Positions 9,691-22,964 are shown, numbered from the stretch's first letter. The stretch: 64,000 bases of DNA from Diplonema japonicum (GCA_964019335.1 OZ025649.1:930001-994000); one strand, 5' to 3'. The notes: generated by a model not told the origin, from the sequence alone. Translations and numbers: made by a program.

Positions 9691-12450
9691 ATGTTGGTTG
9701 CATCGTTGGTAAGCAGGGGCGATGCTACGTCTGGGCAGCGTGATGTGGTTGCGAAGGATGCCGTTCCCCGGAGGGTGCCGCCGAAGCTTACGATCCGTAC
9801 GGCCAGCCCTGAGGTGAAGAAGCCTCGCAAGAGAGCAAAGACACTGATGACTAAGGTGAAGCTTCCGGCCCAGTTACCTCTTCCGGAGCCCCCTAAACGT
9901 GAGGCCACTTCTATCGATATGATTGCCGCAAGGATACAGGGCTACTCGCTGAAGGACTTTGAGGCAATTCAGCAGAAGCGACGACTACAATTCCACCAAG
10001 TGCATAAACTCCTTCAAGACCAGGGGAGGAGGGCCACTGTCAGTAGATGGCGACTCGCAAAAGAGTTGGTGCTGTTTCACATGAGCAGTGAGGTCAGGGA
10101 CGTGATGGAGAAGCTGAACGTCAGCAGCAGGGCAGCAGGGTACGTCATGAGATACATGCGCTCTTTCAGAAGAAGAAGGGAATCTAAAGTGATGCATGAG
10201 ATCAGTAGAACGCTTGCACAAGAAACAGAGCAGCACAGCCTCGTGACGGAGATTTCCGGCACTAAGGTGGCATATGCTAGACAGGCTGATCCTACGATGA
10301 ACACTCCTGCCATGCTACGCCTCCGTCTTATGAACAGGTGTGACCCGCAGATACAACTGGCCATCCGGGAGGTTTGGATGATGATACCGAGGTGCCCTAA
10401 GCCGTGTAACGATACGATTGACAAGCAGATCTACTTCTGGCTTGTAGGCTGTCTGCGTGAGGACTTTGTGAATGCCGATCAGCAGGCCGCCACGATACGT
10501 CAGGTGAATGAGGAGTGGCTTGTGGAGTCAGGTAATTCCTTCCTCATGGACTACGAGGGATTCTACTCTTGTATCTTCACCCTTCTTGACGTGTGGTGTG
10601 CGAGTGTCGATATTTCAGACTACATCTCTCTACTGAAAAGGATCCGTACCCGCATCGGCAAGTCCCGCCCCCTCGTCTACTCGACTAGGCTCTCATACCG
10701 CCATTGGCTGGAGTGGTCTCAGATGCAGCCAAGAGGTGTACTTGGGTCTACCGGTCTCAGGCCGAAGGAGTTCCCAATTCCTCTCACAGCAAATGAGTCC
10801 CTCATTGAGACTTCTCCTCGGGAACGTCCAGTCAAGGTTCGGAAGCGCTCCAAGTCAGTCCGTGGCTCGCTGTTGAGGAGGGGGCGGTCACACAGTGTGA
10901 AGCCTTCTTTTTCTAGTTCTGATTCTGGTTCTGATGCATGCTCGTTTGCATCAGTGTCCACCGATCTGTCTTCTCTGGCATCACCTTTTAGCGAAAGAAG
11001 GAAGAAGGCCTCACCTACATTTCGGGATAAGAAGAAGGGGTCTATTCTCTTCGTTGGGGTAGATGATGGACAGGATAGGCGGGCGAGCAGGTGGGACGTG
11101 GGGGGCAAGAGGAGTCAGAGCTTTAAGTGGTCTAGAAGGACGTCTTTATACTCGGACTTTAGGAGGGACACCAAAACATGTGTTTTGAGCAATGCAGAGA
11201 TGTGCAGGAGGGTGTCTCTGTCTATTCCTGAGGTGACAGGGCCTCGGCTGACAGAGGAGAATCTTCGGGCCTCCGCCTTGAGCAATACCTCTACAGGTCC
11301 AAGTAGCCAGACAAGCGGCGGCTCTGGTGGGGGTGCCTGTCGCAACCCTTCTTTTAGTGCTGTCCACATGGTCAACATCACTAGATTAGACAATTCTAAG
11401 GAGGCTCGGTGCGCTGCGCAGTTGCGTGAGGATCGTGCGCAGTCGTTGGTGATTCCTGTTCTAGGTAGGAGACCTGTCACCGATAAGCGCATGTTAGAGA
11501 GGATAGAACATGAAGCACTAGATGTGCTAGTAAGCAGCAGCACAGTATCAACCCCGCCGTTGGTCGGCTCTGAGGCTTTGAAGTCTCCTGAGCAAAGAAC
11601 TAACATGATGAATATCATTCGTCGAGAGCAGGTTAAGGACACCCTCCCCAGTACTTTGAAGGGAAGGGACATGAGCCTAATTAGAGTTTTAGTCATTAGG
11701 AATGAGGGGCTGACAACAAAGGATATTTGTTCTTTGTGCTCCCTTGACTTCGGCGCACTGCGGGTACTTAATGTAGACAACAACAAGGGCATAGGCAATG
11801 ATGCTGTGATACCGCTTGTGAGGATGATACGCAGGACGCCTTCTCTAGTGGTTGTGAGGATGCATGATTCTAGTTGCGAAGACAGATTGGGGAGGGTCGC
11901 GACATGCTGCGTTGAGAATATCTCTAAGGCGGCCATGCTACCATGGCACGTGAGGGAGGTCGAAGACGTGTTTAAAGTATGCGATGCGAAGGTTCCGGTC
12001 GGGACGGCGGTGCAGCTTCTTACGAGCAAGGCATCTAAGGCGGATAAGCGATTTAAGAGTTTCGTTGAAGCATGGAATTCCGTTGCAGTCTCAGCCGTGT
12101 GTAGAGATATAGCTCGGCGGTCCCAGCCCGCAGATAACACCACGATGCTGGAAGTGTACAAGCTGCGGTCGGCAGCGTTCACTACCTCATTTCACCTCAC
12201 CATCCAAGAGCACGCTGCGGGTAACCTACTAGCGGACCTCTCTTCTTACTACAGCGCCGCATGTATTACCACCCTGACCGATGTGTTCACCAAGATACTT
12301 GGACTACAGCCTGCCTTGAGACACTCTGCCTCTACTCATGGCTATCTTCAGGATGATAGGCTATCGGTATGTTTTGCCCTGGCCATCTGAACAACACAGT
12401 TTTTCGAAGCAGCTGCCCTTTCCTTGTTGTCGGCCTCAGAGGAGGCATGA
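9691..12450 (+). CDS. Hypothetical ~905-aa protein with Ser-rich linker and C-terminal leucine-rich-repeat-like segment
   Basis: Long ORF; LRVLNVDNNKGIGNDAV LRR-like; terminal intron 12367..12399 then FFEAAAL...EA*. Confidence 0.7.
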
Positions 12451-12502
12451 CATTCATTTACACAGTTAAGTATTACCACCATACGTTCTTTCATCCAAGT
12501 AC

Positions 12503-13710
12503 ATGCCGACAGGGATGCAGGGAGGTGGCTTCATCAACAATGACACTATCAGAGGGGTAGATGTGCTGAGCGAGTATTCAGTAGCTACACTTTCGAGCAG
12601 CGATGAAGATGTGAAGGATTTCAGCAGTGTGGTGTTCAGTGAGAACGGGGAGTTTGTGTATGCGGCAGGTGGCGGTATGGAGCCTCACGGTGTGTACTGC
12701 TTCAGGTTGAGCGACATCCAGAAGGCAGCAGTGGAAGGGCAGTCCACGGAGGCGATCAGGGGTGCAATGCAAGAGTTCAAGTTGCCTCTCGGTAAAAGGT
12801 GCGGCGTGCACAAGTTGGCTGTGTCTCAGTTTATTAACTCAAGGTTAGGGAATAGTCAGCGGTTTTTGTTTTCCAGCAACAACGGGTGGGACCACTCTGT
12901 CAGGTTAGGTGTCGTGCGGCATGGGCTTCTCGACGTAGAGAGAACATACAGCGGGCACAGAGACCTCGTGACGAGTATTGTCACACCGCACGCAAACACT
13001 GAGACGAGTACTTTTGTCACTACTTCGCATGATGGCACGGCATGCTTGTGGGGGGGGGACCAGCCTGGAAGGCCTATCTACAGATGGCGGTGTGACTGCT
13101 CTCCTGTAGCAGCCTACGACTGCACCGGTACAGTTGTTGCTGTCACGCGATCCTCTGACGCTGTCGACTTATATGACAAGCGCAAGCTGTACAACTACAA
13201 CCTCAATCATGGGCAGCCGAGGCCTTTAGCGACCTTCAACACTGGTATCCCTCTTGCAGAGGACGTCTTGTCGATGTCTTTCCTTCCTTATTCCCATCAA
13301 GGTGCGAGGACGGAACTCCTTTCCGTCACAGGCACGAGAACCACATCGCTGATTGACACCTCAGGCCCAGAGGGGGCCAGCAATGTGTACCAGACGGAGA
13401 CATCTGGTGCGACGTGCCTGCTGCCAGACGGAGCTGTCTCGCTGAGGGGGAGGTATGCATGTTGAAGTCCTTTACCGTCACAGTGACTCGGGTACTCTGC
13501 ATTTTGCAAACGCCTCGACCGGTAATATCATCAAGTCAGCTGACACTGGTATGCCTTGTACATTCACCACCCTTCTCAGGACTTACAAGGCCACTTACAG
13601 CGGCCGCCTTCTCGCATTCATATTGGGCAGCAGCCATCGCTGCAGGCCCTGTGCTCCAGTGCATTGTTTGGCCTTATAACAATATCCCAACGAACTCTAT
13701 CGTGACCTAA
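12503..13710 (+). CDS. WDR82: WD40 protein, WDR82/Swd2-like
   Basis: YSGHRDLVTSI...TFVTTSHDGT..LW, PVAAYDCTGTVVAV, VDLYDKR...PLATF match the WDR82 pattern; introns 13453..13483, 13549..13579. Confidence 0.7.
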
Positions 13711-13769
13711 CTCATTTTGTGTGATGTGTGCCTTGCTCCTTTCTTAATAATATTCATAACAGGAGAAAT

Positions 13770-14728
13770 ATGTCGGTCGAAAAAGAGAGGAAGGAGAAGA
13801 AGGAAAAGAAGGAGAAGAAAGAAAAGAAGGAGAAGAAAGAAAAGCGTGCGCGAGAGGAGGAGGATATTGAGGTCAGTGCTAAGAGGGAGAAGAAGGAGAA
13901 GAAAGAAGGAAAAGAGAAGGAGGATGCCAAGGTAGATGATTTGGAGGTGAGGGAGAAGAAAGAGAAGAAGGAGAAGAAAGAAAAGAAGGACAAGAAGGAT
14001 AAGAAGGAGAAGGAGGAGCCAGTTGATGAGAAGAAAGAGAAGGAGAAGAAGGAGAGCAAAGAGGAGCAGGACGAGGAGAAGAAGGGTAAGAACGAGTCGA
14101 AGAAGAGGGTGCGTGAAGGGGATGACGGCCCCCCTAAGAAGAAGAAGAAGAAGTCTATAAAGCAGAAGCAGAAGGTGGAGGAGAACTTGGCCTTCCGTAG
14201 AGCATGTAAAGCACTGACGCAGTTCCGTGCAGGGCACTGGGGCCCCGACACGTGGGGTGATCAGATCTCAAAGCACAAGCTGAAAGCTATCATGGGTATC
14301 CTTATGACATATGATCAGATGTACCACAGGTACCTGACAAGATTCCCTACTGAGGTGTGCATCGCGCTTCTTTGTTTTTTAATTTTTTCAGGTGAAGAGC
14401 CTCCTCGAAAGCGTCCCTCCGAAGTACGTAGACGAGATTCCTGCAGAACAGTTTTCAAAGTTCAAGCTGATCATCAAGGCTGCTTCATCAGAGGAGGAGC
14501 TAGCAAAGGTATGCTGCCGCCACATTACGCTCATCATTTGCAGGCAAAGAAGGAGCACGCAAAGAGGGTCGAATCCAAGCCGGGGTTCGAGGAGCGGAGA
14601 CAGGAGAAGAGGAAGAGTTGGTTCATGAGGTCGGGGAAGAGGACGAAACAGTTCAACAAGTTCAAGGCGACAAAGGCGCAGGTATGACATTACATTCGAG
14701 GGACACATCACAGGCGAACAAATGGTGA
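13770..14728 (+). CDS. Lys/Glu-rich (KEK-repeat) probably nuclear/nucleolar protein; 4 exons
   Basis: KKE repeats, PPKKKKKK NLS-like; introns 14355..14391, 14509..14543, 14682..14713. Confidence 0.75.
13788..14100 (+). repeat. Purine-rich low-complexity coding repeat (aaggagaag/aaagaaaag units) encoding KEK
   Basis: Directly visible tandem 9-nt units. Confidence 0.85.
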
Positions 14729-14812
14729 GTGCGTTACGATCACGTTAGTCATTTTATTTACAACGTTTTCTTGTACGAATTTCCTTGTCCGATAAGCACA
14801 CAGGAGGTAAGC

Positions 14813-17800
14813 ATGAGCATAGTAACATATGTCAAGGCGTTGAGAGACACAGTAGAGAAAAGGTTTCGGCCGACCGTCCTTGTGCTATCTACTGATGGTG
14901 TTGAGTGCACCTGCCGGAAGAACGGCATCAACCTCATCAGCCTTCTGCGTCCCTTTGCATCTCTTCCCAAGGATGTGCACACAAAGACGACAGGCGAGCC
15001 GTATCCATTGGGGTCTTTTGGGGTTCGCTTGACAGATTTCTCTGGCTTGTCGAGCATGAGTGAAGAGGACAAGGTCAGATGGTTTACAAAGGTATGAAGC
15101 CACAGCGCAGTAACGTGCACAGTTGGCGAAAGAAGATCTTGATTTCCGAAGGACAGTTGACAAGAAAAAGATGCAGGATTGGGAGAGTGACCTAGGCTAT
15201 GTATGTGGTGTGACCCCTCCCATTTCACACAGTTGGCAGAGCAGAGTGATCCTTCACGCCCAGATATCGGCCCAGGTCAGATGACAAAGATTGTTGCCGA
15301 TCTCTCGTCACCTTTGCTGCAAAGGTTCAAGGAGGAGTACACCAACAGTTGCAGATTCACAGCTTTTGACACTTTTGATCACCCCGTTGCATGTATCTTG
15401 GCAGTGTCGGCCACCAGCCCGGACGCTATCGCAGAGCTCAAGGGCCTCTTCACTGTGCATCAGCCTGCCTTCACGAACCAGGCTGTTGACCACAACCAGG
15501 CGATGTTTTACGTTTTAGTGCAAGACATGAGCATGCCGTGCAAGCAGTCTGAGGTGGACAGGATGTTTGCAGACATGAAGTCACAGTTTGGTACTCAGTG
15601 TTGCAGGCTGCTGCAAATCAACTCGAACAGCACGGGGACCATGCAGGTCGACCCTGCCAAGTGGGTGGAGCCTGTGACGATTGACAACCAGGTCCGCACG
15701 CCGAATGAGGGTCTTATGCAACTTCTGTCGCAGGAGGATGAGATGAGTGTCGCAAAGATGATGAGCAGCTTCATTGAGATGACACTCCTGCCTGACCTCA
15801 CTCGGAGAATTAAGACGCTGAACCAGTCTGTGGCGGATAAGCGGCAGGGCAGGATAGGCAAGATGATGACCTATTTTTGGCAGGGAAACAAGAACAATGA
15901 TAACGCTTCGAAGCCTCCAAAGGAAGGGCCGCACTTCGGTCCTGAGTCTTGTGAGATGCAATTGAGAAAGCTTGCAGACTTGTGTTTCCTCCTTCATGAT
16001 TATGAGACAGCTTTGTCAGTGTACAAGGTATGCACTTCTGATTGACACAAATGGTTTCTGCAGATACTTAGATCTGAACTTGGGTCGCAGGAGAGCAAGA
16101 ACAAGAACTTGCACATATATCACGCGGCAGTGTCAGAGGGCATGGGCATGTGCATGGCTGTACAGCAGAAGAGGGATGCCGACACGCAGCTGGAACAGGC
16201 AGCAACGTCGTACATCAAGGGAAGGAGGCCCGACTACTCTCTAAGGACACGCCTCCTTCAGTACACACTTTCGAAGTTTTCTAAGAGCTACAAGTCAGCG
16301 GACATCATGAAGATGGCCTCCACAATAGACGAGAGGAACTCTCTTTACTGCGGGCTGTTCATCGAGGAGGCAGGCGTATCCTACCTGTATTGTAATGTAT
16401 GTCGCGTGGCATAGTCTTCACAACACAACAGTACGCCGGGTTAACAACTACGCGGCTGAGAAAGTTTGCCTTCAACTTAACATTAGCTGGTATGGCCACG
16501 TAGTTAGTGTATTTCCTACAGGGTGTCGGTACTCGACATGCGGTTGCGCTGACCAGGCCTTGAGAGTCACAACGATGGCAGCTGCTGTGTACAATAGAAT
16601 GAACTTAGAGAAGTGGAGATTGATAAACGAGCACGTGCAGCTGACACTCGCTAGATTGTGGCAGCAGAAGGGAGAGCTTGGGTATGGGAATGTCATATAA
16701 TTCATATTTGCAGGAATGCCGTGTCTCACATGGGGAAGTACCTTGTGCAGGTGCAGGGGACGAGTGAGAAGATGGTCAAAGAGTTCAACGGCTACTTGCA
16801 GGCGCACCTTGAGTCCATCGAGGACAGGGTCTATGACGAGCTACCATTTCCCTTCGTTGACATGCTCGGCATTAAGCTCAACCCCACACCCCACGCTGAA
16901 CTGTGGCAAAGCCCTACTTCGTATGCTTTGTCAGTGCAATGCAATATCACAGGAGTGTCGAGGCCTCGGTTCCAGCAGGCTGCAAGCTCGACGTTGCAGG
17001 TGTGCACAAGGAGTGGACCACTATGGAGGGTGACCTCGTCAACTCGGTGAGAACAGAAGTATGTTTATAGAGGTCTATTTCAATTGCAACTTACAACACA
17101 GTTTAAGAATCTGAGGCTCCATCCTCAGCTCGAGAGATCACGTCAGGTCAGGAAGATGAAGAGAGTGGACATGAGTCAGCACCCAGACATCATTGTGGAA
17201 GGTGAGGAGGTCTTCGCCACCATCAGCATGACGAACCCTCTGACGCTCCCCTTGGTGCTTCACGAGGCTACCATCCTGTACGAGGTGACGCCAGAGAAGC
17301 CAGACCAGCTGTCTTCTATAAACCCCCCTTCTGGGAAGGTACTAAAGGGCGCATCTGTCAGCGACGTCACGATTGCTGCACAGAGCAAGGTTCCTCTGCG
17401 TCTCTCCTTCACCTCGCCTACTGCGGGCTGGGTCCGGTTAGTGGGTGTAGAATGGGCCATGACAACCGAAAGGTTGGTTAAAACCTCTGGGAGGTACATG
17501 TTTTACAAAGGGGCAGTTGACAATGGGGAGGTGGGAATGACAGCCGTTAAGAAGTTGACCTTACAGTGCACCGAGAGCGCACCGTTGATGAAGGTAGAGA
17601 TCAGAGACCCTCCCCCGTTGTATATGCTTCACGGTGAAGTCACAAAGAGCGTCCTTTTGCTGCACAACAAAGGGGGTAGAGAGATGCAGCAGATCACGCT
17701 GAAGCTCTCAAGGGCGAACGTGCACATTGTGTGTATCCCCCTTCCGGAGGGAGGAAAGAAGGAGCAATATGAGGACGCGGAAGGTGTGTATGACACTTAC

Positions 17801-19767
17801 TACCTTCCTGTTACCATCCCCCCTGGCGGAGTGTTCGAGCTCCCAATCTGGGTTCGTGCAGAATCTGGTAGCAACAGTCGCTCCGTGGTAAGCAACTACG
17901 TCCCTATCGTGCTGTGCTACGGTGATAATTCCCCTGATCCTATCAGAAGAACGAGCAAGATGGTAATCCACACCATTGTGCAACCAGCTTTGTCAATGCG
18001 AGCTCTCTGTCTCCCCCCTTCTTCCGTCAGGCCAGAGGCCGAAAGCGAGGCTAACTTCATTGTTTCCCTTGAAATCAGAAGTCTGCGACAACGTAAAGCC
18101 GGGTCACCTGACACTGCTATTGCTCTGAGGCAGGTTAGTGCCCTATCGTGCGACTGGGATGTGACACCTCTTGACGCAGATGCAGTGCAGATGCCTTGCA
18201 CCATTAACAGTGGTTCTGCTTTCACAATAAGTTTCCGTGTGAAACGCCGCACAGATGGCCAGAAGAGAGCAGCTGCCTGCTTCTCGGAACCATCATGCTC
18301 CGGCTACAAGGTGGACAACCTTCCATTCAACTACTTCGCGGTCAATGCTCTCCCTGACACGGAGATTGGGACAGGCGGTGCAGGCAGCGTGGGAGTTGCA
18401 GTCATGAAGAGTAGGGGCGGCATGCAAATGTTCTTGGATAGAAAGGAGAAGAAGAACACTTCGGGCAGTACAATTGACAACACTGACTTCCCATTAGCCT
18501 TCTCCCTGTTCTGGTCGGCAGTAGGCGAGGACCCTTGTCCAGACCTTCCATTCACCGGTCAGGCCATCTGCTGTTGCCAGCCTTGCAACACGACTGTTAA
18601 AGCGTCCCACAAGTGGCAGGATTCTTCGAAGGGAACTAAGAACCTGCTGCGGACGCGTGGTATCACCACAACTGACGAGGTCCCGCGGCCGCTGTCTTCT
18701 CAGGATCAGGAGCACAACATCATTGGCGTATCACTTTCTTTTCCTGGGGAGGCGAGGCACGACTTCCGTTCTAATGTACCCTGCACTGTCTCCGTCCATA
18801 TTACTCTCACGAACTACTACAGCTCTCAGCGGGAGGTGTGGGTAAGTTTCCTCAGCAACAAGGTATGCAGTGCTTTGTTAGATAGTTAATTTCTTTACGT
18901 GTAGGTAGCATACAGAACGCAGACTCAGCAGGTGGCAGATACAGCTCCTGCCTCCCAGCCCCTCCCGTCCCTGGTAAAGGGTCCACAGCAGCAGGCGCAA
19001 CAGATGAAGGTGGAGATCCCTTATATCCAATACCCAACTTTTCACTGGCAGGGCAAGAGCAAGCACAAGGTGTGAGCTTTTATTTCTGATAACTCCTCCA
19101 GGTCTTGTTCGGGTGTTATGAATCAATCACGATAGTGGCGAAGGCGCAGTTTCTTAGACCAGGAATGTTCAATTTGAACCAGTTTGAGATCAGGCCTAAC
19201 AAGGAGGACACAGTAGTAGAGATACAGGTATCACACATGAGAAGAGGTCGTATCACATAACAGGGGAGTAAGCAGGGCATTGACACGACATGGCTCGTCA
19301 GCATCGTACATGACGAAGAGGCACAGACGAGAGATGTGGCCCCGTGCGCCGTCGTGGAGGAGGGCGAGGTAGTGCACGCTGATGTTTACAATGAGGTTGA
19401 CCTCGAGGTGGAATGCGAAGGGGAAGAAGGTGAAGAGGAGGAGGAGAACGTTCCTCTCGGGAACTCAAGGTCAGGTTCACCTGATGCGCGTGACGAGGAG
19501 GAGAGAGGTAAAGACGATTCGGTTCAGGAGGAGAGAGACGAGGAACGGGATACTGAGGAGCAACAGAGGACTGAGCTCGAGGAACATGAGCTAAAGGAGC
19601 ATGAGCAAGAGGGGAGTGAGCCCCAGGTACAGGAGCAGGAAGTGCAAATACCATCTACACACGCGGAGGAGGCGGAGGAGGAGGAGGAGAACCAGTCTCC
19701 TGAGCCAGCGGAATTTGACGAGCCAGGCAGTGCCGATCGCTCTCCATCACCTCCTTTGGACGACTGA
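14813..19767 (+). CDS. TRAPPC8: TRAPP III complex subunit TRAPPC8/Trs85, with acidic C-terminal tail; 12 exons
   Basis: CRKNGINLISLLRPF, FDHPVACILAVS, EMQLRKLADLCFLLHDYE, RKFAFNLTLAG; introns 15092..15122, 15201..15232, 16028..16063, 16397..16431, 16490..16521, 16682..16713, 16921..16952, 17059..17101, 18863..18904, 19070..19101, 19228..19263. Confidence 0.88.
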
Positions 19768-19908
19768 TGTAACATAACGAACGTTGAGATGCTATTTGGT
19801 CACAGGACAACGGGGTTAGCCTTTAGTAGCTTCCATACCTTATGTCTTGTCCCTGCTTTCCCGACCGAGTATTTAATATGCGCTTTACCCATTCATCTCA
19901 CTACAGGC

Positions 19909-21120
19909 ATGTGTCAAGGAAGGAAGGTGAAAGATGACCTCAATGCACAGGTGATGCTTGTTGTTTTGCTGTATGCAATACAAGGCATCCCGGCTGGTTT
20001 TATCGAGAACTTTCTACCTATTATGCTGTACGCGAATAAGCAGGCGTCACTCACGGGGATGGGCTTGGTTGGGGTTCTGTGTTCCCCGTGGCTTCTCAAG
20101 TTTTTATGGGCTCCGTTCATTGACTATTACGGGACGAAGAAGTCGTGGATCCTGCCGTCATTGTGCGTTATGGTTGTGTGTTGCGGTATATGTGCAATGC
20201 AGAGCACAACAGATGGCATAGGGTTGCCTCTCATTGCTGCGCTTCTAACGTTTACCACAGCCACGGCTGTGGAGGACTGTGTCGTAGACGGTTACGCAAT
20301 GACCCTCATTGATGCATTTAGAAGTTCGAGCTCGTCGCGGCGGATCTTAGCCATAGTGAACTCCGCTCAGGTGGTGGGGTTCAAGTTCGGGCATTTCTAC
20401 GCAGGTGCCCCTGTGTGGTACGTCCACGAGGCGTTTGGCTGGTGGGAGATATGGGCCTTCATGGCAGTGCCTATTGTTCTGGCAGGTGTTTTGGCGTACA
20501 GGACAGAAGAACCGCAAGTAAAGAGAGACAGAACTAAGAGTCTCAGCGGTGCCTTAGGTACAGTCTCTAAGCATATAAAGGACAGGAGAACTGTTATGCT
20601 GATGATAGCCGCTGGTTTGATCAAAGGCAGCGAAAAGGTGATCATGAGCATGTACAAGCCTTACCTAGTGGACAGCGGCTACAGTGCCAGCACTGTCGGA
20701 GAGTGGGTAGGCCTCTATGGTACTGTTGCCTCAGCTGCGGGGTCCATAGCCGCATCGTATATCGTGGGCTACATGGACGCACAGGGAGCGGTGCAGCTTG
20801 CCCTTCTTGTACGTTTTGTCTTAGTTGTTATCTCGTTGGTCCTACCAGCCGGCCCAGCAGCATTGGCATTCCAGGGACTGGCATCTGGTGTGATCACCCC
20901 CGTCATGTTTGCATACCTTATGGAGGCTGTTTCATTGTCACCATACCCCGTCACGAGTTACACACTGCTTCAGACTTGCGATGACTTATCTCGTTTTGCG
21001 GGTGTGGGCGTCGCTGGCTATTTAGTTGAGCTCTTCGGCTACGGTCCTGTGTTCGCTGGTGCTGCAATCTCTCTCATTCTACCTTGCTATGTCATTTCAG
21101 GAATCGATTCGGATGTGTGA
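19909..21120 (+). CDS. MFS transporter, AmpG/MFSD3/acetyl-CoA transporter family
   Basis: LLYAIQGIP, PWLLKFLWAPFID, TAVEDCVVDG; many TM helices; ATG after ctacag. Confidence 0.88.
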   Translation: MCQGRKVKDDLNAQVMLVVLLYAIQGIPAGFIENFLPIMLYANKQASLTGMGLVGVLCSPWLLKFLWAPFIDYYGTKKSWILPSLCVMVVCCGICAMQSTTDGIGLPLIAALLTFTTATAVEDCVVDGYAMTLIDAFRSSSSSRRILAIVNSAQVVGFKFGHFYAGAPVWYVHEAFGWWEIWAFMAVPIVLAGVLAYRTEEPQVKRDRTKSLSGALGTVSKHIKDRRTVMLMIAAGLIKGSEKVIMSMYKPYLVDSGYSASTVGEWVGLYGTVASAAGSIAASYIVGYMDAQGAVQLALLVRFVLVVISLVLPAGPAALAFQGLASGVITPVMFAYLMEAVSLSPYPVTSYTLLQTCDDLSRFAGVGVAGYLVELFGYGPVFAGAAISLILPCYVISGIDSDV

Positions 21121-21378
21121 GTCTTTTTCTAATTACAACATGAAGAGCCCCCGGACTAGCAATGTCTGTGTTTTTTCAGCGCCTGAGCGTTTGTCAGGCC
21201 CGGACCATTTCTGTCCGAGGGTTTTACTGAATTCTACTGGAGCTTTTTGGGTATCCGAGATTTTATCAGTTCAAGAGTTTTTCATGTTACAGTTGTCCGG
21301 CTTTTTTTTTCACTTTACAGTATTCTAGTACTGGAACCTGGGTATTGAGGCGGACTTCACTTCTAACAGCGCACAGTA

Positions 21379-22809
21379 ATGTTATTGTTGGCAGGTTGCT
21401 TTGTGGCTCTGGCTGCTGTTCCCTGTTGGGAGTCTGAGGGTGAGCGGTGGGCTCCTGGATGGATCGCTGCGGGAAGTACTGCGTTTCGCCCTCTTGGGGC
21501 GGGATGTTTGGTGGTTGACTGCTTTGGAGGTGTGGTTACGTCGACTGGAGGTGCTCCTGTGTGGGAGGCGATGCTGATTGCTGAGGACTCTCAGGGGAAC
21601 ACAACACACGCTGTTACTTATCTCATGAACAGCAGCACCCCATACTACGCAAAGGTCTTCAATGCGGAAGCTACGACCAAGTGGACACTTGCCATTCAGA
21701 ACCTCAACCACGTCAGGCAGATCAGCATCAATGTTACCATCACCGTGATGCTTAGCCCCACACCCATCCCCGTCCCGCCCCCCGAGCCCGTATCTTATGA
21801 CGAGCCTACCGCCAAGGTTGCCCTCGTCTACTCATCGGCAGCCTACGCCATCCCTGAGAATGTGAAGCAGTGGGACCTCAACCAGTCATGCCGAGATGTG
21901 ACGCAGGGCTTCTCACTCGTCAATATATTTGATGGGTTAAACAACAGCCTTTACACACCTTTCGGGTACGTAGGCCTTGACTATGACAGGGCATGGATTG
22001 TGGTTGCTTTCAAAGGAACAAATGGGACTAAGGACACGGTGGCAGATCTGATCCAGATATTCTCTGGCGCTACTTACTATCAGACAAAATGCGACATCAA
22101 CGAGCACATTTCTGGCAATACGCATGCTGGCTTTTGCCCCAGCTACAAGGTGATGCAGAGTCTAGGCCTGCTTAGTACTGTGCTTCAGTTAATGACTTCC
22201 AACCCTAGGTTTTCTGTGTTAGTCACAGGGCACTCACTTGGAGGTGCCCTCGGGACGTTGTTCCATGCCGATCTTATAAGCACTTTAAAGGCGACGAATC
22301 CTGCTTGGGTGCAGCGTGTGGTTAGTTACAGCTTTGGGCAGCCGCGTGTAGGGGGTGCTGGTCTGGCATTCAATCTTCCACAGATGTTCAGAGTAGTTCA
22401 TGCGGATGACTGCGTGCCCCACTTGTGCCCTTGTTGCGCTTCGGGGATTCAGTGTTTACAGGCAGAGACGTGCCCTTACCATGTTGCACAGGAGGTGTGG
22501 TACCCCAGGGTTGTGATGGCACCCGAGAACTACACCATGTGTGACCCCAATGATGGTGAGGACCCAAGGTGCAGCAATAGCCAGACTGTGACACTGTCAG
22601 TGCAGAATCATCTCTACTACTTCGGGATGAAGGTTGGTGATTATTGGTATGTTTTTATTCTTTTCAGCACAGATTACAGTTACAATCCATCTGCATACAA
22701 GGAGTACGCAGCACGCGAGCAGTACACGCACGACTGGCTTCAGTCCCTTACGCCCTCACAGAAAGAGAGGCGCATCCATGCATTGAGGGGCGGTGTTAAC
22801 GACATGTGA
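21379..22809 (+). CDS. Secreted class-3 lipase
   Basis: Signal peptide; IVVAFKGT, HAGF, VTGHSLGGA, YSFGQPRVG, RVVHADDCVPH, HLYYFG; probable in-frame intron 22647..22679. Confidence 0.92.
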   Translation: MLLLAGCFVALAAVPCWESEGERWAPGWIAAGSTAFRPLGAGCLVVDCFGGVVTSTGGAPVWEAMLIAEDSQGNTTHAVTYLMNSSTPYYAKVFNAEATTKWTLAIQNLNHVRQISINVTITVMLSPTPIPVPPPEPVSYDEPTAKVALVYSSAAYAIPENVKQWDLNQSCRDVTQGFSLVNIFDGLNNSLYTPFGYVGLDYDRAWIVVAFKGTNGTKDTVADLIQIFSGATYYQTKCDINEHISGNTHAGFCPSYKVMQSLGLLSTVLQLMTSNPRFSVLVTGHSLGGALGTLFHADLISTLKATNPAWVQRVVSYSFGQPRVGGAGLAFNLPQMFRVVHADDCVPHLCPCCASGIQCLQAETCPYHVAQEVWYPRVVMAPENYTMCDPNDGEDPRCSNSQTVTLSVQNHLYYFGMKVGDYWYVFILFSTDYSYNPSAYKEYAAREQYTHDWLQSLTPSQKERRIHALRGGVNDM

Positions 22810-22964
22810 TATATGATTAATAAACGACTTACTACCCCCTTTTTTTTTTCAATCTGCTATTTCTGTTGCGATTGCTAAATTTGATGGAAGCTGTGTCTTT
22901 AGGCTACTTGCTTGTTGATCGATTGCTTGGCTTTTGATTGCATTGTATTAGTTACCGCAGGTAC

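Noticed and set aside
11115-12182. Long minus-strand ORFs (355 aa here; also 13707..14251, 38898..39476 and others)
   Set aside because: Antisense shadows of + strand genes or of low-complexity repeats; no recognisable domains
13788-14100. Tandem repeat as CRISPR or satellite
   Set aside because: No spacers; it is in-frame KEK-coding low complexity
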